64,000 nt of DNA. It comes from an uncultured delta proteobacterium. GTDB taxonomy: Bacteria; Myxococcota; Myxococcia; Myxococcales; Myxococcaceae. The position numbers and the translations under genes were made by a program. The notes beneath the pieces were generated by a model. It did not search any database. It was not told the origin of the DNA and was given only the letters and a program-made list of their open reading frames with translations. This document shows, piece by piece, positions 49,930 to 59,417 of the stretch. The stretch is taken from contig CAVQKE010000003.1 in assembly GCA_963713045.1 (NCBI GenBank), forward strand, positions 864,001-928,000, written 5' to 3'. Every line of letters starts with the position of its first letter. Positions within the stretch are counted from its first letter, which is position 1.

Positions 49930-50598
49930 ATGACGCGGGGACCTCACTTGCGGCCGGAGCCAGCCGGCCGCCCCTTCACTGAGTTGCTCAATCCGCCGGA
50001 CTGGACCTCCGTCTTCGGGAGGCCAGGGCCTTTGGAGGTGGAGCTTGGCTCGGGTGCGGGCGGATTCGCACTGGCCTACGCCGCCCTTCATCCGGAGGCG
50101 AATTACGTCGCCATCGAGTGGCGAAAGAAATACGCCCGGGAGGTGGAGTATCGGGCACAGAAGCGCGGACTCCTCAACCTGCGGGTGGTGGAAGCCGACG
50201 CTCGCGCTGTGGTGCCTCGCCTCTTCGCCCGGGCGTCGCTGGCGGCGATCCACTTTCAATTCCCGGACCCGTGGTGGAAGCGGTCGCACCAGAAGCGCCA
50301 ATTGCTTTCCCCTGAATTCGCCTCGCTTCTCTTTACCCTGCTCGCCCCGGGCGGCCTGTTTGACTTGCGGACAGACGTTGAGGACCGGGCCCGGGCAATG
50401 CTCGCCACCTTGGAGGCGGCCGGGTTCACCAACCCGCTGGGGCCCGGCGCCTTCCACCCTGGGGACCCGGCCGAGCCGGTCAGTAGCCGCGAACGGCGCT
50501 ACCTTGCCTCGGGTGAACCGGTCTACCGGGCGCGGCTCACAAAACTCCCTCTTGTGCGGACCCCCGCCTCGGGCGGACCATCCTCCCTCCCGGCATGA
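49930..50598 (+). CDS. trmB: tRNA (guanine-N7)-methyltransferase
   Basis: ELGSGAG, FPDPWWKRSH, RTD; ATG at 49930. Confidence 0.9.
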   Translation: MTRGPHLRPEPAGRPFTELLNPPDWTSVFGRPGPLEVELGSGAGGFALAYAALHPEANYVAIEWRKKYAREVEYRAQKRGLLNLRVVEADARAVVPRLFARASLAAIHFQFPDPWWKRSHQKRQLLSPEFASLLFTLLAPGGLFDLRTDVEDRARAMLATLEAAGFTNPLGPGAFHPGDPAEPVSSRERRYLASGEPVYRARLTKLPLVRTPASGGPSSLPA

Positions 50599-50999
50599 CG
50601 AAGGCCCACCTCCTCGTTTGGCTCGTTTGCTTCGCGGGTTGCCGCCTCGGCGGCGAGGAGACGCCTGAGGCCGCGTACCGTGCCTTCGCCTCGGCTGCCA
50701 ACAAAGGCGATGACACCCTGGCCTTCGCCCGCCTCACCACCGGCAGCCAACAGGCAGTCCACCAACGGCTGGCTCAGCTTTCTGCCGCCAGCGGAGGTTC
50801 GCTGCGGGATGATGCGCCCAGTCTGATGTTTCGCGGCGGACGGGGTTCAACCATCACTGCGGTGCAGGTGTTGAAAAAGGGGCAGGACCGCGCCACGGTG
50901 GCTGTTAGGACCGGGGAGCAAACGCAGGAGGTGACCCTGCGCCGGGAGGGCTCGGAATGGCGAGTCGAACTTCCGCTGGTGCAACGCGCCTCGCCGTAA
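50595..50999 (+). CDS. Small lipoprotein, possibly NTF2/DUF4878-like
   Basis: Lipobox FAGC; TPEAAY..F and LRREGSEWRV. Confidence 0.7.
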   Translation: MTKAHLLVWLVCFAGCRLGGEETPEAAYRAFASAANKGDDTLAFARLTTGSQQAVHQRLAQLSAASGGSLRDDAPSLMFRGGRGSTITAVQVLKKGQDRATVAVRTGEQTQEVTLRREGSEWRVELPLVQRASP

Positions 51000-51052
51000 A
51001 GGGACGCCGTCCTCGGGAAGCCTTGGATGGGCCGGCAGGTTGTTGAGGGGAC

Positions 51053-51987
51053 ATGATGAACGAGAAGAAGACCCGCCCAGCGCCTCCCGTGGAAGTCATC
51101 CGGCGCCCGTCGCTCGCCGGGCCCGCCCGCCCCACGACACGGGGGGCGCCTGCTCGGCCTCCTCCCGGGCGCCGGGCTCCGCTCCAGCCCCCAACGGCCG
51201 CCCAAATTCAAGCACTCGCCATTCGCGAGCGCGTTCCGGCGCGCATTGCTCGCGGCGAACTCGACGGAAAGATGAAGGCGCGGGTTTGGCGGAAACTCCA
51301 CGCCGAGGAAGCCCGCCGTTTCGACGAGGCGTACCAGCTGGTGGCCCACACCCCGGGGCTGGCCCTTGAGGATGCTTTCGCCTTGCTCCAGTCGGGTCTC
51401 AGCGTTGAGGAGCTCCGGGCGCGACGAGCGCGGACGGCGCGCCGCGTCGACCTGCGCGATGCGCGCCGCGGGGTGGCAGCTGAAACCATCGACCGCTGGC
51501 TCGCGACGCGAATCCAAGAGAGAAGCCCGCTGGCGGTGGTGCTCGCCGACCGTACGGTGCTCGACGTGTTGAGCGGCATCCAGCCTCTAGCGCTCGCGCT
51601 CGAACGGGGGGAAGGGTCGAGAAACTGCAGGTGGTGCTGCTGACCCAAGCCCAGACGTGGGAGCAGGCCCAGCCGACGCTACCGCGCGACGCGCGCCTGG
51701 CGCAGCGCCCGGCGCCGGTGGCTCGCGAGCCCGACCGGCGACCGGTGTCCGACCCGCGGCCTCTGCTGGAGCACGCCGGGAAGAACGTCCGGCTCGAACT
51801 CCGCAATGGCCTGGTGGTGGAACGACCCCTATTGGCAGTGGGCCCCTACGACTTGCTGGTGGGCACCGAGGCAGAGGAGTTCCTCGTCCCGTTGCACGCG
51901 CTGATGGCTTGGACGGCTGGCGTGGCCGCTGCCCCGTCAGCCTCGGCCCCTCCGTCGGCGGCAGACTCCGCCGGCCGCGGAGTCTAA
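51053..51987 (+). pseudogene. Frameshifted gene for an Arg-rich protein with two tandem Hfq-like (Sm-fold) domains
   Basis: ORFs 51053-51643 and 51631-51987 fuse if one G is added to the G6 tract at 51606-51611, giving ..ALERGGRVEKLQVVLLTQ..; both halves align by eye to Hfq motifs. Confidence 0.6.
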
Positions 51988-52751
51988 GGACTTCCCGCAC
52001 CCACGCCGGAAATGCCCAGTCGCAGCCGAAGGCGGTCCTCGAGCTTGCGGAGGTCCTCCAGCGAGGCGGGGGCGACGCCGCTGGTTTGGCCGGTGCCTAG
52101 CGCCGCGGCAACCGCCCGCAGCGCCGACTCGTCGTCCGCTCGAAGCGCCTGAATCAACCCGGCGGCCGTCTCGAAAAGTTCCCGCAGCTCGTCGCCCGAG
52201 CGGAGCGAGTGGGTCGGCACATCCCGGCGCCCCTCCGCCAGCTGCTCCAGCAGCCGACGTACGCGGTACACCGGCCCCGCAATCTTGTGGGTGGCAACAA
52301 TTGAGGCCGCCACCACGCCGGCGACGAAGACCAGCAGGCTCACCAGCAAGACCCACGTGGCGCGGCGCTGCTCGCGCTCCAGCGCCGTCCTCTGGGAGAT
52401 GACGGCCTGGTGTTCCCGCTGGTAGGCCTCGTCGATGGCCTGCGACTGGCGCTCCAGAGCAGCGGCGAATGCCGGGTCATCGAAGCGCTCGAGGAGGTTC
52501 TTCCCAAGGGCCGCGTTCCCGAGCTCCCGGCTCGCCAGGGCGGCCGATTCGCGCGCTTCGACCGCTCCCTGCGCCTGCTCCGAGAGCGCCGAGGCAGCCC
52601 GCGCCAGAAACACTCCGAGGAGCGCCGCCGCACAGAGTGCGCTGGTCAACGCGAGCAGCGTAAAGCGGAGCTGCAGCGGTGCATCCAAGAGGTAGTTGCG
52701 CAGCTGGCGCTGGGACCTCAGAGCGGCGGGGGCTTCATCGGGTTCAGCCAT
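51984..52751 (-). CDS. Two-TM HAMP-domain membrane protein without an output domain
   Basis: RNYLLD..LQLRF N-terminus, two TM helices, THKIAGPVYR..LRSGDELREL HAMP. Confidence 0.75.
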   Translation of the reverse strand: MAEPDEAPAALRSQRQLRNYLLDAPLQLRFTLLALTSALCAAALLGVFLARAASALSEQAQGAVEARESAALASRELGNAALGKNLLERFDDPAFAAALERQSQAIDEAYQREHQAVISQRTALEREQRRATWVLLVSLLVFVAGVVAASIVATHKIAGPVYRVRRLLEQLAEGRRDVPTHSLRSGDELRELFETAAGLIQALRADDESALRAVAAALGTGQTSGVAPASLEDLRKLEDRLRLRLGISGVGAGSP

Positions 52752-52761
52752 GGCACCCTCC

Positions 52762-53568
52762 TCAAAGCTTCCATTCAAACGTCGTGGCGAGATCTTGCAG
52801 CAGCCGCGGGACAAGCGCTCGAAGAGCATCCTCCGGGCGGCCTCCGCTGGCCCGTCCCGCCACCTCGCCGAGGACCTGCTGGTCAGGATAGCTGAGGCAC
52901 ACCATGACCACGGCCACCTCGGCGCCCTTTCGAGCCAAACGGGTGCGAATCTGAAACCCTTGCAGCTGCGCAGTGGCCAGCGTGGCGCGAACCGCCGTGC
53001 GGTCCTCGGGTTCCGGCGCGACCTGGGCGCCCATCCACCGCAACCGGCTGACAAGGCGTGCGTGGGCCAAGGACAACAGCGCGGCATCTGCTGGCGGGTC
53101 GCTGTCGTCCACGACGGCAGTCACCGCGACATACACCTTAGGGCGTCGCTCCCGGACTTCCCGCAGGGTGGCCACGGCCCGGGCCACTTCTTGACGGGCC
53201 AAGTCATCCGAGTCGCTTCCATGGGCCAGCAGGCAGTCCAAGGCGGCAGCGTCGTGCAAGCTGGGCAGACTGCGTGCGACAGCGGCCCGCACCAGCGGCT
53301 CGGGATCCCCCAGTGCTTTGCACAGGGGTACCAGCGCGGACGGGTCCTCGGTTGCTCCGAGGGTGAGCGCCGCTTGAACGCGCGCGCGTGGGTCCTGGGC
53401 GGTGGTGAGCTGTCGCACCAGAAACGCCCAGCGCGCATCGGCATCGGCGGAGGCCCCACTGGCCGCCAGCAGGAGCAGCGCGCACAGCGATTGACGTCGG
53501 GCACGGAGCCACCACAGGAAGCGATGCAACGGCCAGCCCCCGGCCGCGCCCGCACTCACCACGTACAT
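52762..53568 (-). CDS. HEAT-repeat exported protein; start uncertain
   Basis: DPRARVQAALTLG, DPEPLVRAAVARSL and DSDDLARQEVARAV repeats after a signal-like segment. Confidence 0.7.
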   Translation of the reverse strand: MYVVSAGAAGGWPLHRFLWWLRARRQSLCALLLLAASGASADADARWAFLVRQLTTAQDPRARVQAALTLGATEDPSALVPLCKALGDPEPLVRAAVARSLPSLHDAAALDCLLAHGSDSDDLARQEVARAVATLREVRERRPKVYVAVTAVVDDSDPPADAALLSLAHARLVSRLRWMGAQVAPEPEDRTAVRATLATAQLQGFQIRTRLARKGAEVAVVMVCLSYPDQQVLGEVAGRASGGRPEDALRALVPRLLQDLATTFEWKL

Positions 53569-53825
53569 GCCCCACCCCGGGTGGCCGCCTGGACGGCGGC
53601 GGGCTCGCCCGGAGAGGACCGATGTCTGGGGAGCCTGGGCGGCGTCGGGACAGGGGCGAGCGCGGTCCAGGCAGCAAAGGGGGGGCTGGTCACAGGGGGT
53701 GTCTTGGAATGTAGCAAGGGCCGGCCCCCCTTCGTGCAGCCGGCGGTCGGCGGGGGTCCTCGGGCGGTGTGGGCGCATGGCGCAGACCCTGCGTCCCGGA
53801 CGCCTCTTGGGTATATGCCTTGTCC

Positions 53826-56525
53826 ATGTCCAGCATCCGCGCCGCTGCCCAGCTTCGGGAGGCCTTCCTGCGCTACTTCGAGCAGCGCGGGCACACTCGC
53901 GTGCCCTCGTCCTCGCTCGTTCCGTCCAATGACCCGACGCTCCTCTTCACCAATGCCGGAATGGTTCAGTTTAAGGACGTCTTTACCGGTCGCGAGACGC
54001 GGCCCTACGTCCGCGCAACGTCCTCTCAGAAGTGTGTCCGGGCAGGCGGCAAGCACAACGACTTGGACAACGTCGGCTTCACCGCGCGACACCACACGTT
54101 TTTCGAGATGCTGGGGAACTTCTCCTTCGGCGACTACTTCAAGCAGGACGCCGTGGAATTTGCCTGGGACTTTGTCACCCGGGAGCTCGGAATGGCTCCC
54201 GACCGGCTGGCGGCCACCGTCTTCGCCGGAGACAAGGGCATCCCCTGGGACGAGGTGGCCTTTGGGCTGTGGCGAAAGCACGGCCTTCCCGAGGAGCGAA
54301 TCCAACGGCTCGGCTACAAGGACAACTTCTGGGCCATGGGGGATACCGGCCCCTGCGGCCCCTGCTCGGAAATCCACTTCTTCCAGGGCGACGACCTTCC
54401 ATGCGGTGAGGAAGCCGCGGGACGCCGCTGTCAGGGCGTGGCTTGTGAGTGCGACCGCTGGCTGGAAGTCTGGAACCTGGTCTTCATGCAGTTTGAGCGG
54501 CGAGAGAAAGACGGGCCGCTGTCGCCGCTGCCTCGGCCGTCCATCGACACCGGAGCAGGGCTGGAGCGCATGGCGGCGGTGGTGCAGGGGGTCCGCAGCA
54601 ATTACGACACCGACCTGTTCACGCCGCTGCTCGAACGGGCGGCGCAGCTGAGTGGAAAGCGCTACGGCCGGGATGCCGCCGACGATGCGGCGATGCGCGT
54701 CGTTGCCGACCACAGCCGCGCCACGGCATTCCTTATCTCGGACGGCGTTCAGCCCTCCAACGAAGGCCGAGGCTATGTCCTACGTCGCATCATGCGCCGG
54801 GCCATCCGCTACGGTGCGCGGCTGGGCCTCGACGAGCCGTTCTTGGACCAAACGGTGGACCGCGTCGTTGAGTTGATGGCGCCGGCCTACCCCGAGCTGC
54901 GGGAAAACCGCAGCTTCGTGCTGTCCGCCACCCGCCACGAAGAGGAGTCCTTCCGTCGAACCCTGGACCGGGGGCTGCGCCTCATCGACGAGGAGATTGG
55001 CAAAGTCCGGGCAGCGAAGGGCGCAGCGCTCCCGGGCGAGGTGGTATTTTTCCTACACGGGACCCATGGGTTCCCCTGGGACCTCACCCAGCTGATTGCC
55101 CGCGAACGGGGGCTGGACATCGACCTCGAGGTCTATGAGAGGCTGATGGAGAACGAGCGGGAGCGGGGCAGCTTCGGGGGTTCGGGAGACAGGGCCATTG
55201 AAGAGCTGTGGCCCCAGCTGCGGGCGCGGCTTGGGAAGGACACCGAATTTCTCGGCTACCAGGGGGCGGGCGAGCAGGGAGACGGGCGGGTTGTGGCCCT
55301 GGTGTCCGAGGGCCGGGAAGTCGCACAAGCGACGGCTCCGGCAACGGTGGAAATGGTGACCGACCGCACACCTTTTTATGGCGAGGCCGGCGGCCAGGTG
55401 GGAGACACCGGGCGCCTTGAACGAGGTGACGGCGGCGTACGAGGCATGGTGCTCGACGCCCAACGGCCAGTCTCGGGCCTGGTGAGCCACCAGGTGCAGC
55501 TCGAGACTGGGGTGTTGCGGGTGGGAGACGACGTCCATCTGACGGTGGACGCCGAGCGGCGGAACTCCATCCGCCGCAACCACTCCGCGACGCACCTGCT
55601 TCACCGGGCGCTCAAAGTGGTGCTGGGCGACCATGTGAAGCAGGCCGGTTCGGTGGTGGCGCCGGACTACCTTCGTTTCGACTATGCGCACTTTCAGGCT
55701 CCCACCAGCGCCGAGTTGGAGCGCGTGGAGGACCTGGTGAACGGCTGGATTCGCGACAATACCGACGCCTCCACCCGGGTGATGGGGCTGGACGAGGCCA
55801 AGGCAGCCGGCGCGGTGGCCCTCTTCGGCGAGAAGTATGGAGACCGAGTTCGGGTGGTGAGTGTCCACCCGGAATCCACCGAGTTGTGCGGTGGCACCCA
55901 TGTGCGCCGAAGCGGCGACATCGGCCTCTTCAAAATTACCGGCGAGTCCTCCATCGCCTCCGGCGTTCGCCGAATTGTGGCCCTCACCGGAAGCGGCGCG
56001 CTCACCTGGGTGCGGGACCTGGAGCACGAGATGCGGCGGGCGGCGGAGGTGCTGAAGACATCTCCCAAGGAATTGGTAAAGCGGGTGGAGGCGAACCAGC
56101 GGCGCGTCAAGGAGCTGGAACGAGAAGTGGAAGCCGTGGCGCTCCGGGCCAGCTCTGGAGCCGGCGACGCTTTGGCCCAAGTGCGCGAGGTGAATGGCAT
56201 CAAAGTCCTCGCCACCCGCGTCGAGCCGGCCGACGCCAAACGCTACCGGGGCCTCGCCGACCAGTACCGCGACCGGATGAAGTCAGGGGTGGTGGTGGTG
56301 TGGGGTGAGAAGGACGGCAAGGGCCTGGTGCTGGTGGCGGCCACCAAGGACCTCGTGGCCAAAGGCCTGTCGGCAGGCGACCTGGTACGTGAGGTGGCTC
56401 GGGAGACCGGGGGAGCTGGGGGTGGGAAGGCGGACCTTGCTCAGGCCGGCGGAGCGGACCCAGCATTGCTGGCCGACGCGGTGGAGCACTTGGTGGCTCG
56501 CGTTGGCGCCCCCCTCCCGGGGTAA
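53826..56525 (+). CDS. alaS: Alanyl-tRNA synthetase
   Basis: DPTLLFTNAGMVQFK, HHTFFEMLGNFSFGDYFK, editing motifs NHSATHLLH and ELCGGTH, DHHA1 GGGKADLAQAGG. Confidence 0.98.
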   Translation: MSSIRAAAQLREAFLRYFEQRGHTRVPSSSLVPSNDPTLLFTNAGMVQFKDVFTGRETRPYVRATSSQKCVRAGGKHNDLDNVGFTARHHTFFEMLGNFSFGDYFKQDAVEFAWDFVTRELGMAPDRLAATVFAGDKGIPWDEVAFGLWRKHGLPEERIQRLGYKDNFWAMGDTGPCGPCSEIHFFQGDDLPCGEEAAGRRCQGVACECDRWLEVWNLVFMQFERREKDGPLSPLPRPSIDTGAGLERMAAVVQGVRSNYDTDLFTPLLERAAQLSGKRYGRDAADDAAMRVVADHSRATAFLISDGVQPSNEGRGYVLRRIMRRAIRYGARLGLDEPFLDQTVDRVVELMAPAYPELRENRSFVLSATRHEEESFRRTLDRGLRLIDEEIGKVRAAKGAALPGEVVFFLHGTHGFPWDLTQLIARERGLDIDLEVYERLMENERERGSFGGSGDRAIEELWPQLRARLGKDTEFLGYQGAGEQGDGRVVALVSEGREVAQATAPATVEMVTDRTPFYGEAGGQVGDTGRLERGDGGVRGMVLDAQRPVSGLVSHQVQLETGVLRVGDDVHLTVDAERRNSIRRNHSATHLLHRALKVVLGDHVKQAGSVVAPDYLRFDYAHFQAPTSAELERVEDLVNGWIRDNTDASTRVMGLDEAKAAGAVALFGEKYGDRVRVVSVHPESTELCGGTHVRRSGDIGLFKITGESSIASGVRRIVALTGSGALTWVRDLEHEMRRAAEVLKTSPKELVKRVEANQRRVKELEREVEAVALRASSGAGDALAQVREVNGIKVLATRVEPADAKRYRGLADQYRDRMKSGVVVVWGEKDGKGLVLVAATKDLVAKGLSAGDLVREVARETGGAGGGKADLAQAGGADPALLADAVEHLVARVGAPLPG

Positions 56526-56552
56526 GTTCTTGCAAAGCGGTCTGTCCGGGCG

Positions 56553-59393
56553 ATGTTGATGCCGGACTTCCGCCCCGCCCAGATGGATTTCACGCCGCTC
56601 CGCATCCGTTTGCCCTTTGGCAGCGAGGAAGAGTTCATCGAGAGATACGGCGTGCACGTCGGCCGGGATGGCTTCTTTCTCGCCACCCGTTCCCCCAAGG
56701 AGGTCGGCACGAAGCTGGCCTTCGAGTTGGTGCTCTCCGACAGCTCGCCGCTGCTGTCTGGACAAGGCGTGGTGGCGAGGACGGTGGCCGGGACGCGCGC
56801 CGGGATGGTGGTGCGCTTCCTCCATCTGGACGGCGCCGGGGCGGCGCTGGTGGAACGCATCGTCTCCGCGCGGCGTGGCGAGGGAACCGCGCCCGAGGCC
56901 GTCGCGGGCGCTCCAGCGGCGTCGGCGCCCTCTGCCTCGGAAGCCCAAACCTGGCTGGCCGACCCCACGCGAGACGTCGCCCGCGTCACCGGACTGGGGG
57001 ACGCCACCCGGCCGCGCACTAGCCCGGCCCCTACCCCGGTTGCCGCCCGCGCACCGTCTGCGCCGCCGAAGCGGGTTTCCGTCCACGAAGCGCCGACGTG
57101 GCCGGGGGACCCAACCCGGGACGTGGTGCGGATTGCCCCCTCCGGGCAGCCGGCGCCGTGGCCAGGCCCCACAGCCAGCCCGCTCCCGGTCGCTCCGCCC
57201 CCCTCCGCCCCGGCACCCTCCGCCCCCCAGGCTTCCTCCAGTCCAGCGCCGGCCGTCCCGTTCCATCTTCGGCCGACACCGGCCTTGGGGGTTCCCGAGG
57301 CACAGTCCGCGGCGATGCGGGTCCACACGGCAATCACGCCGGTGCGGGGCATCCCCGCGCTGGGCGTCGAGCTGGTAGCCCTCCTCAGCCAGTCAGACGC
57401 AACCGCAGCGCGAAGCGGCACCGAGGACACCCTGCTGAAGCGACCGACACCCGGTGAACCTCCCCCCGCACCGAAGGCGACGTTCACGGAGACGCCCGCC
57501 ACCGCAGATGAAGCTCGCGCGGTGGCCCCGACTCCGTTGCCTGCCCCGCCAGCGGCGGAAGCGCCCACCAAGCTCGCGGCGGACATCCCCCCCCGAGCCG
57601 AGGTGCCGGCGCCTTCAGCCCCGGCAGCTCCAGCGAGGACGTCACCGTCGAGCGAAGCCATTCCGCTTCCCGCGCCGTCACCAGCCCAGCCCAAGGTGGC
57701 GCCGCCCGCGAAACCCGACGCCTCCCGACCGGCTGCCCAGCCAGCGCCGGAGGTCGCCCGCAGTCCTCAGGAGGCCCCGCCCGAGGCCGGGGCGGCTCCG
57801 CCTCCCGCGGCTGGCGCTGCTGCCGGCGCCTCCCCGGCGGTGGCCCCAGGACTCGCCTCTGCGGTGCTTGGCCTGGACGTGGGGACGACTTCCGCACGGC
57901 TGGCGTGGGCCCACGAGGGCCGAGTGGAACTCCTACCCCCCGACATCGACGGACTTCACCAGGTGCTCGCCTGCCGGTTGGTGCGTGACGCGCACGGCGT
58001 GCTGCGGGTGCTGCAGCACGGGGAAGCCGACGAAGCCCTCTGGGTGGGTAGCCCTGTCACGCTTCTGGGCATGCGCGCTGACTCACCAGCCATCCGCACT
58101 CTGGTGCGGCGGTGGCCCGTCCCGGTGGTAGCCGACGAGCGGGGGGAGGTGGCCTTCGACTGGGCCGGGGTGACGGTCACGGCCGTGGAGTTGGTGGCTG
58201 CGCTGCTGCGTAGCTTGCGCGCCGCGGCGGAGCGCCGCACCGGCCGCTCGTGTACCCATGGCGTGCTGGTGGTGCCGGCGGCTTTTAACCTTCTGCAGCG
58301 CGCGCGGTTTCGCGAGGCGGCCGAACGCGCGGGCCTCACCGTCCTGCGGCTCCTGCAGGCGCCCACCGCCGCCGCGCTGGCGTACGCCCAGGACCGCGGC
58401 CTGGCCCGCAAGCGGGTGTTGGTGTGGCGAATGGGCGCCGCGACCTGCGACGCGGCGGTGGTGGCGGTATCGGGAAATGACTTGGATGTCGTCTCTTGCG
58501 GCGGAGACGGCGCCCTGGGCGGAGTCAACTTCGACGAGCAGCTTGCGCTGGGCTTGGACAAGACGGCCCGCAGCGACCCGACACGGCTCCGCTTGCGGGT
58601 GGCCCAAGCAGAGCGCCTGAAGCAAAGCCTCAGCCTCAGCGAGCGCGGAGTGGTGCCTCCGGCCGTGCCTGGGGAACCGGTCATTGAGGTGACCCGGGAG
58701 GACTTCCAGCTGCGCACTGCGGCGCTCGTCGAGCGCAGCGTGTTGCTCGCACAGGACGTGCTGCGGGCCGCCGGGCTCAGCGCGGAAAACATCGACGCCC
58801 TGGTGCTCTCGGGCGGGATGGCGCATGTGCCCCACGTCCGTCGGGCGGTGGAGACGGCCTTTGGAAAATCTGCCGCCGCCACCGACGTGGACGGAGGTCC
58901 CGCCCTCGGAGCGGCCTTGTTGGCAGCCGCCCTCAGCGCACCGGCCGTCAGCGGCCGAGCTCGCTCCAACGTGGTGGAGGTGTTGGCCGTGCCGCTGGAA
59001 GCGGTGGCACCCGAATTTGGTCACCAGCGCGCTTTCGAGCGCAACACCCGGCTACCGGCGGAGAAGACGCTTCCTCTGCCGCTGGCCGCCAACCAGCCTT
59101 TGGAGGTGCAAGTCTTTCAGGGCGTCGCGCGCGCGCCCGACCCGCGCAGTTTCCTCGGACTGTTGCACTCGGGCGGGGTGGAGCGTGACGGAGAATGGGC
59201 GTTGCACCTCGGGCTGACCGCGGACGGCCTCTTACAGGCCGCGGTAACGCCTCCGGGCGCCAAGCGACGGCCGTTGACGCTGGTGGCCGCCCCGGCACCG
59301 GCCGAAGCCGAGCAGCAGGCGGCGACGCTTGATGAAGTCGACCCCGCCGCCCGCCTGCTGGGTGGGCTGAAGAGGCTGTTTGGTAAGAAGTGA
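56553..59393 (+). CDS. Fusion of a PilZ-like (TIGR02266) domain, a Pro/Ala-rich linker and a degenerate Hsp70
   Basis: N-terminal RIRLPF.SEEEFIERY...GMVVRFLHLD; Hsp70 motifs GLDVGTT, VPAAFN..QR, PTAAALAY, LGGVNFD, LSGG, ERNTRLP. Confidence 0.85.
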   Translation: MLMPDFRPAQMDFTPLRIRLPFGSEEEFIERYGVHVGRDGFFLATRSPKEVGTKLAFELVLSDSSPLLSGQGVVARTVAGTRAGMVVRFLHLDGAGAALVERIVSARRGEGTAPEAVAGAPAASAPSASEAQTWLADPTRDVARVTGLGDATRPRTSPAPTPVAARAPSAPPKRVSVHEAPTWPGDPTRDVVRIAPSGQPAPWPGPTASPLPVAPPPSAPAPSAPQASSSPAPAVPFHLRPTPALGVPEAQSAAMRVHTAITPVRGIPALGVELVALLSQSDATAARSGTEDTLLKRPTPGEPPPAPKATFTETPATADEARAVAPTPLPAPPAAEAPTKLAADIPPRAEVPAPSAPAAPARTSPSSEAIPLPAPSPAQPKVAPPAKPDASRPAAQPAPEVARSPQEAPPEAGAAPPPAAGAAAGASPAVAPGLASAVLGLDVGTTSARLAWAHEGRVELLPPDIDGLHQVLACRLVRDAHGVLRVLQHGEADEALWVGSPVTLLGMRADSPAIRTLVRRWPVPVVADERGEVAFDWAGVTVTAVELVAALLRSLRAAAERRTGRSCTHGVLVVPAAFNLLQRARFREAAERAGLTVLRLLQAPTAAALAYAQDRGLARKRVLVWRMGAATCDAAVVAVSGNDLDVVSCGGDGALGGVNFDEQLALGLDKTARSDPTRLRLRVAQAERLKQSLSLSERGVVPPAVPGEPVIEVTREDFQLRTAALVERSVLLAQDVLRAAGLSAENIDALVLSGGMAHVPHVRRAVETAFGKSAAATDVDGGPALGAALLAAALSAPAVSGRARSNVVEVLAVPLEAVAPEFGHQRAFERNTRLPAEKTLPLPLAANQPLEVQVFQGVARAPDPRSFLGLLHSGGVERDGEWALHLGLTADGLLQAAVTPPGAKRRPLTLVAAPAPAEAEQQAATLDEVDPAARLLGGLKRLFGKK

Positions 59394-59417
59394 CGTGAAG
59401 AAGGCGCCTCCGGCCGA

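Noticed and set aside
51003..51022. About 20-nt match to 13695-13715, complementary to the Omp85 mRNA
   Set aside because: A 15-nt exact match plus a gapped extension is plausible by chance in 64 kb of GC-rich DNA.
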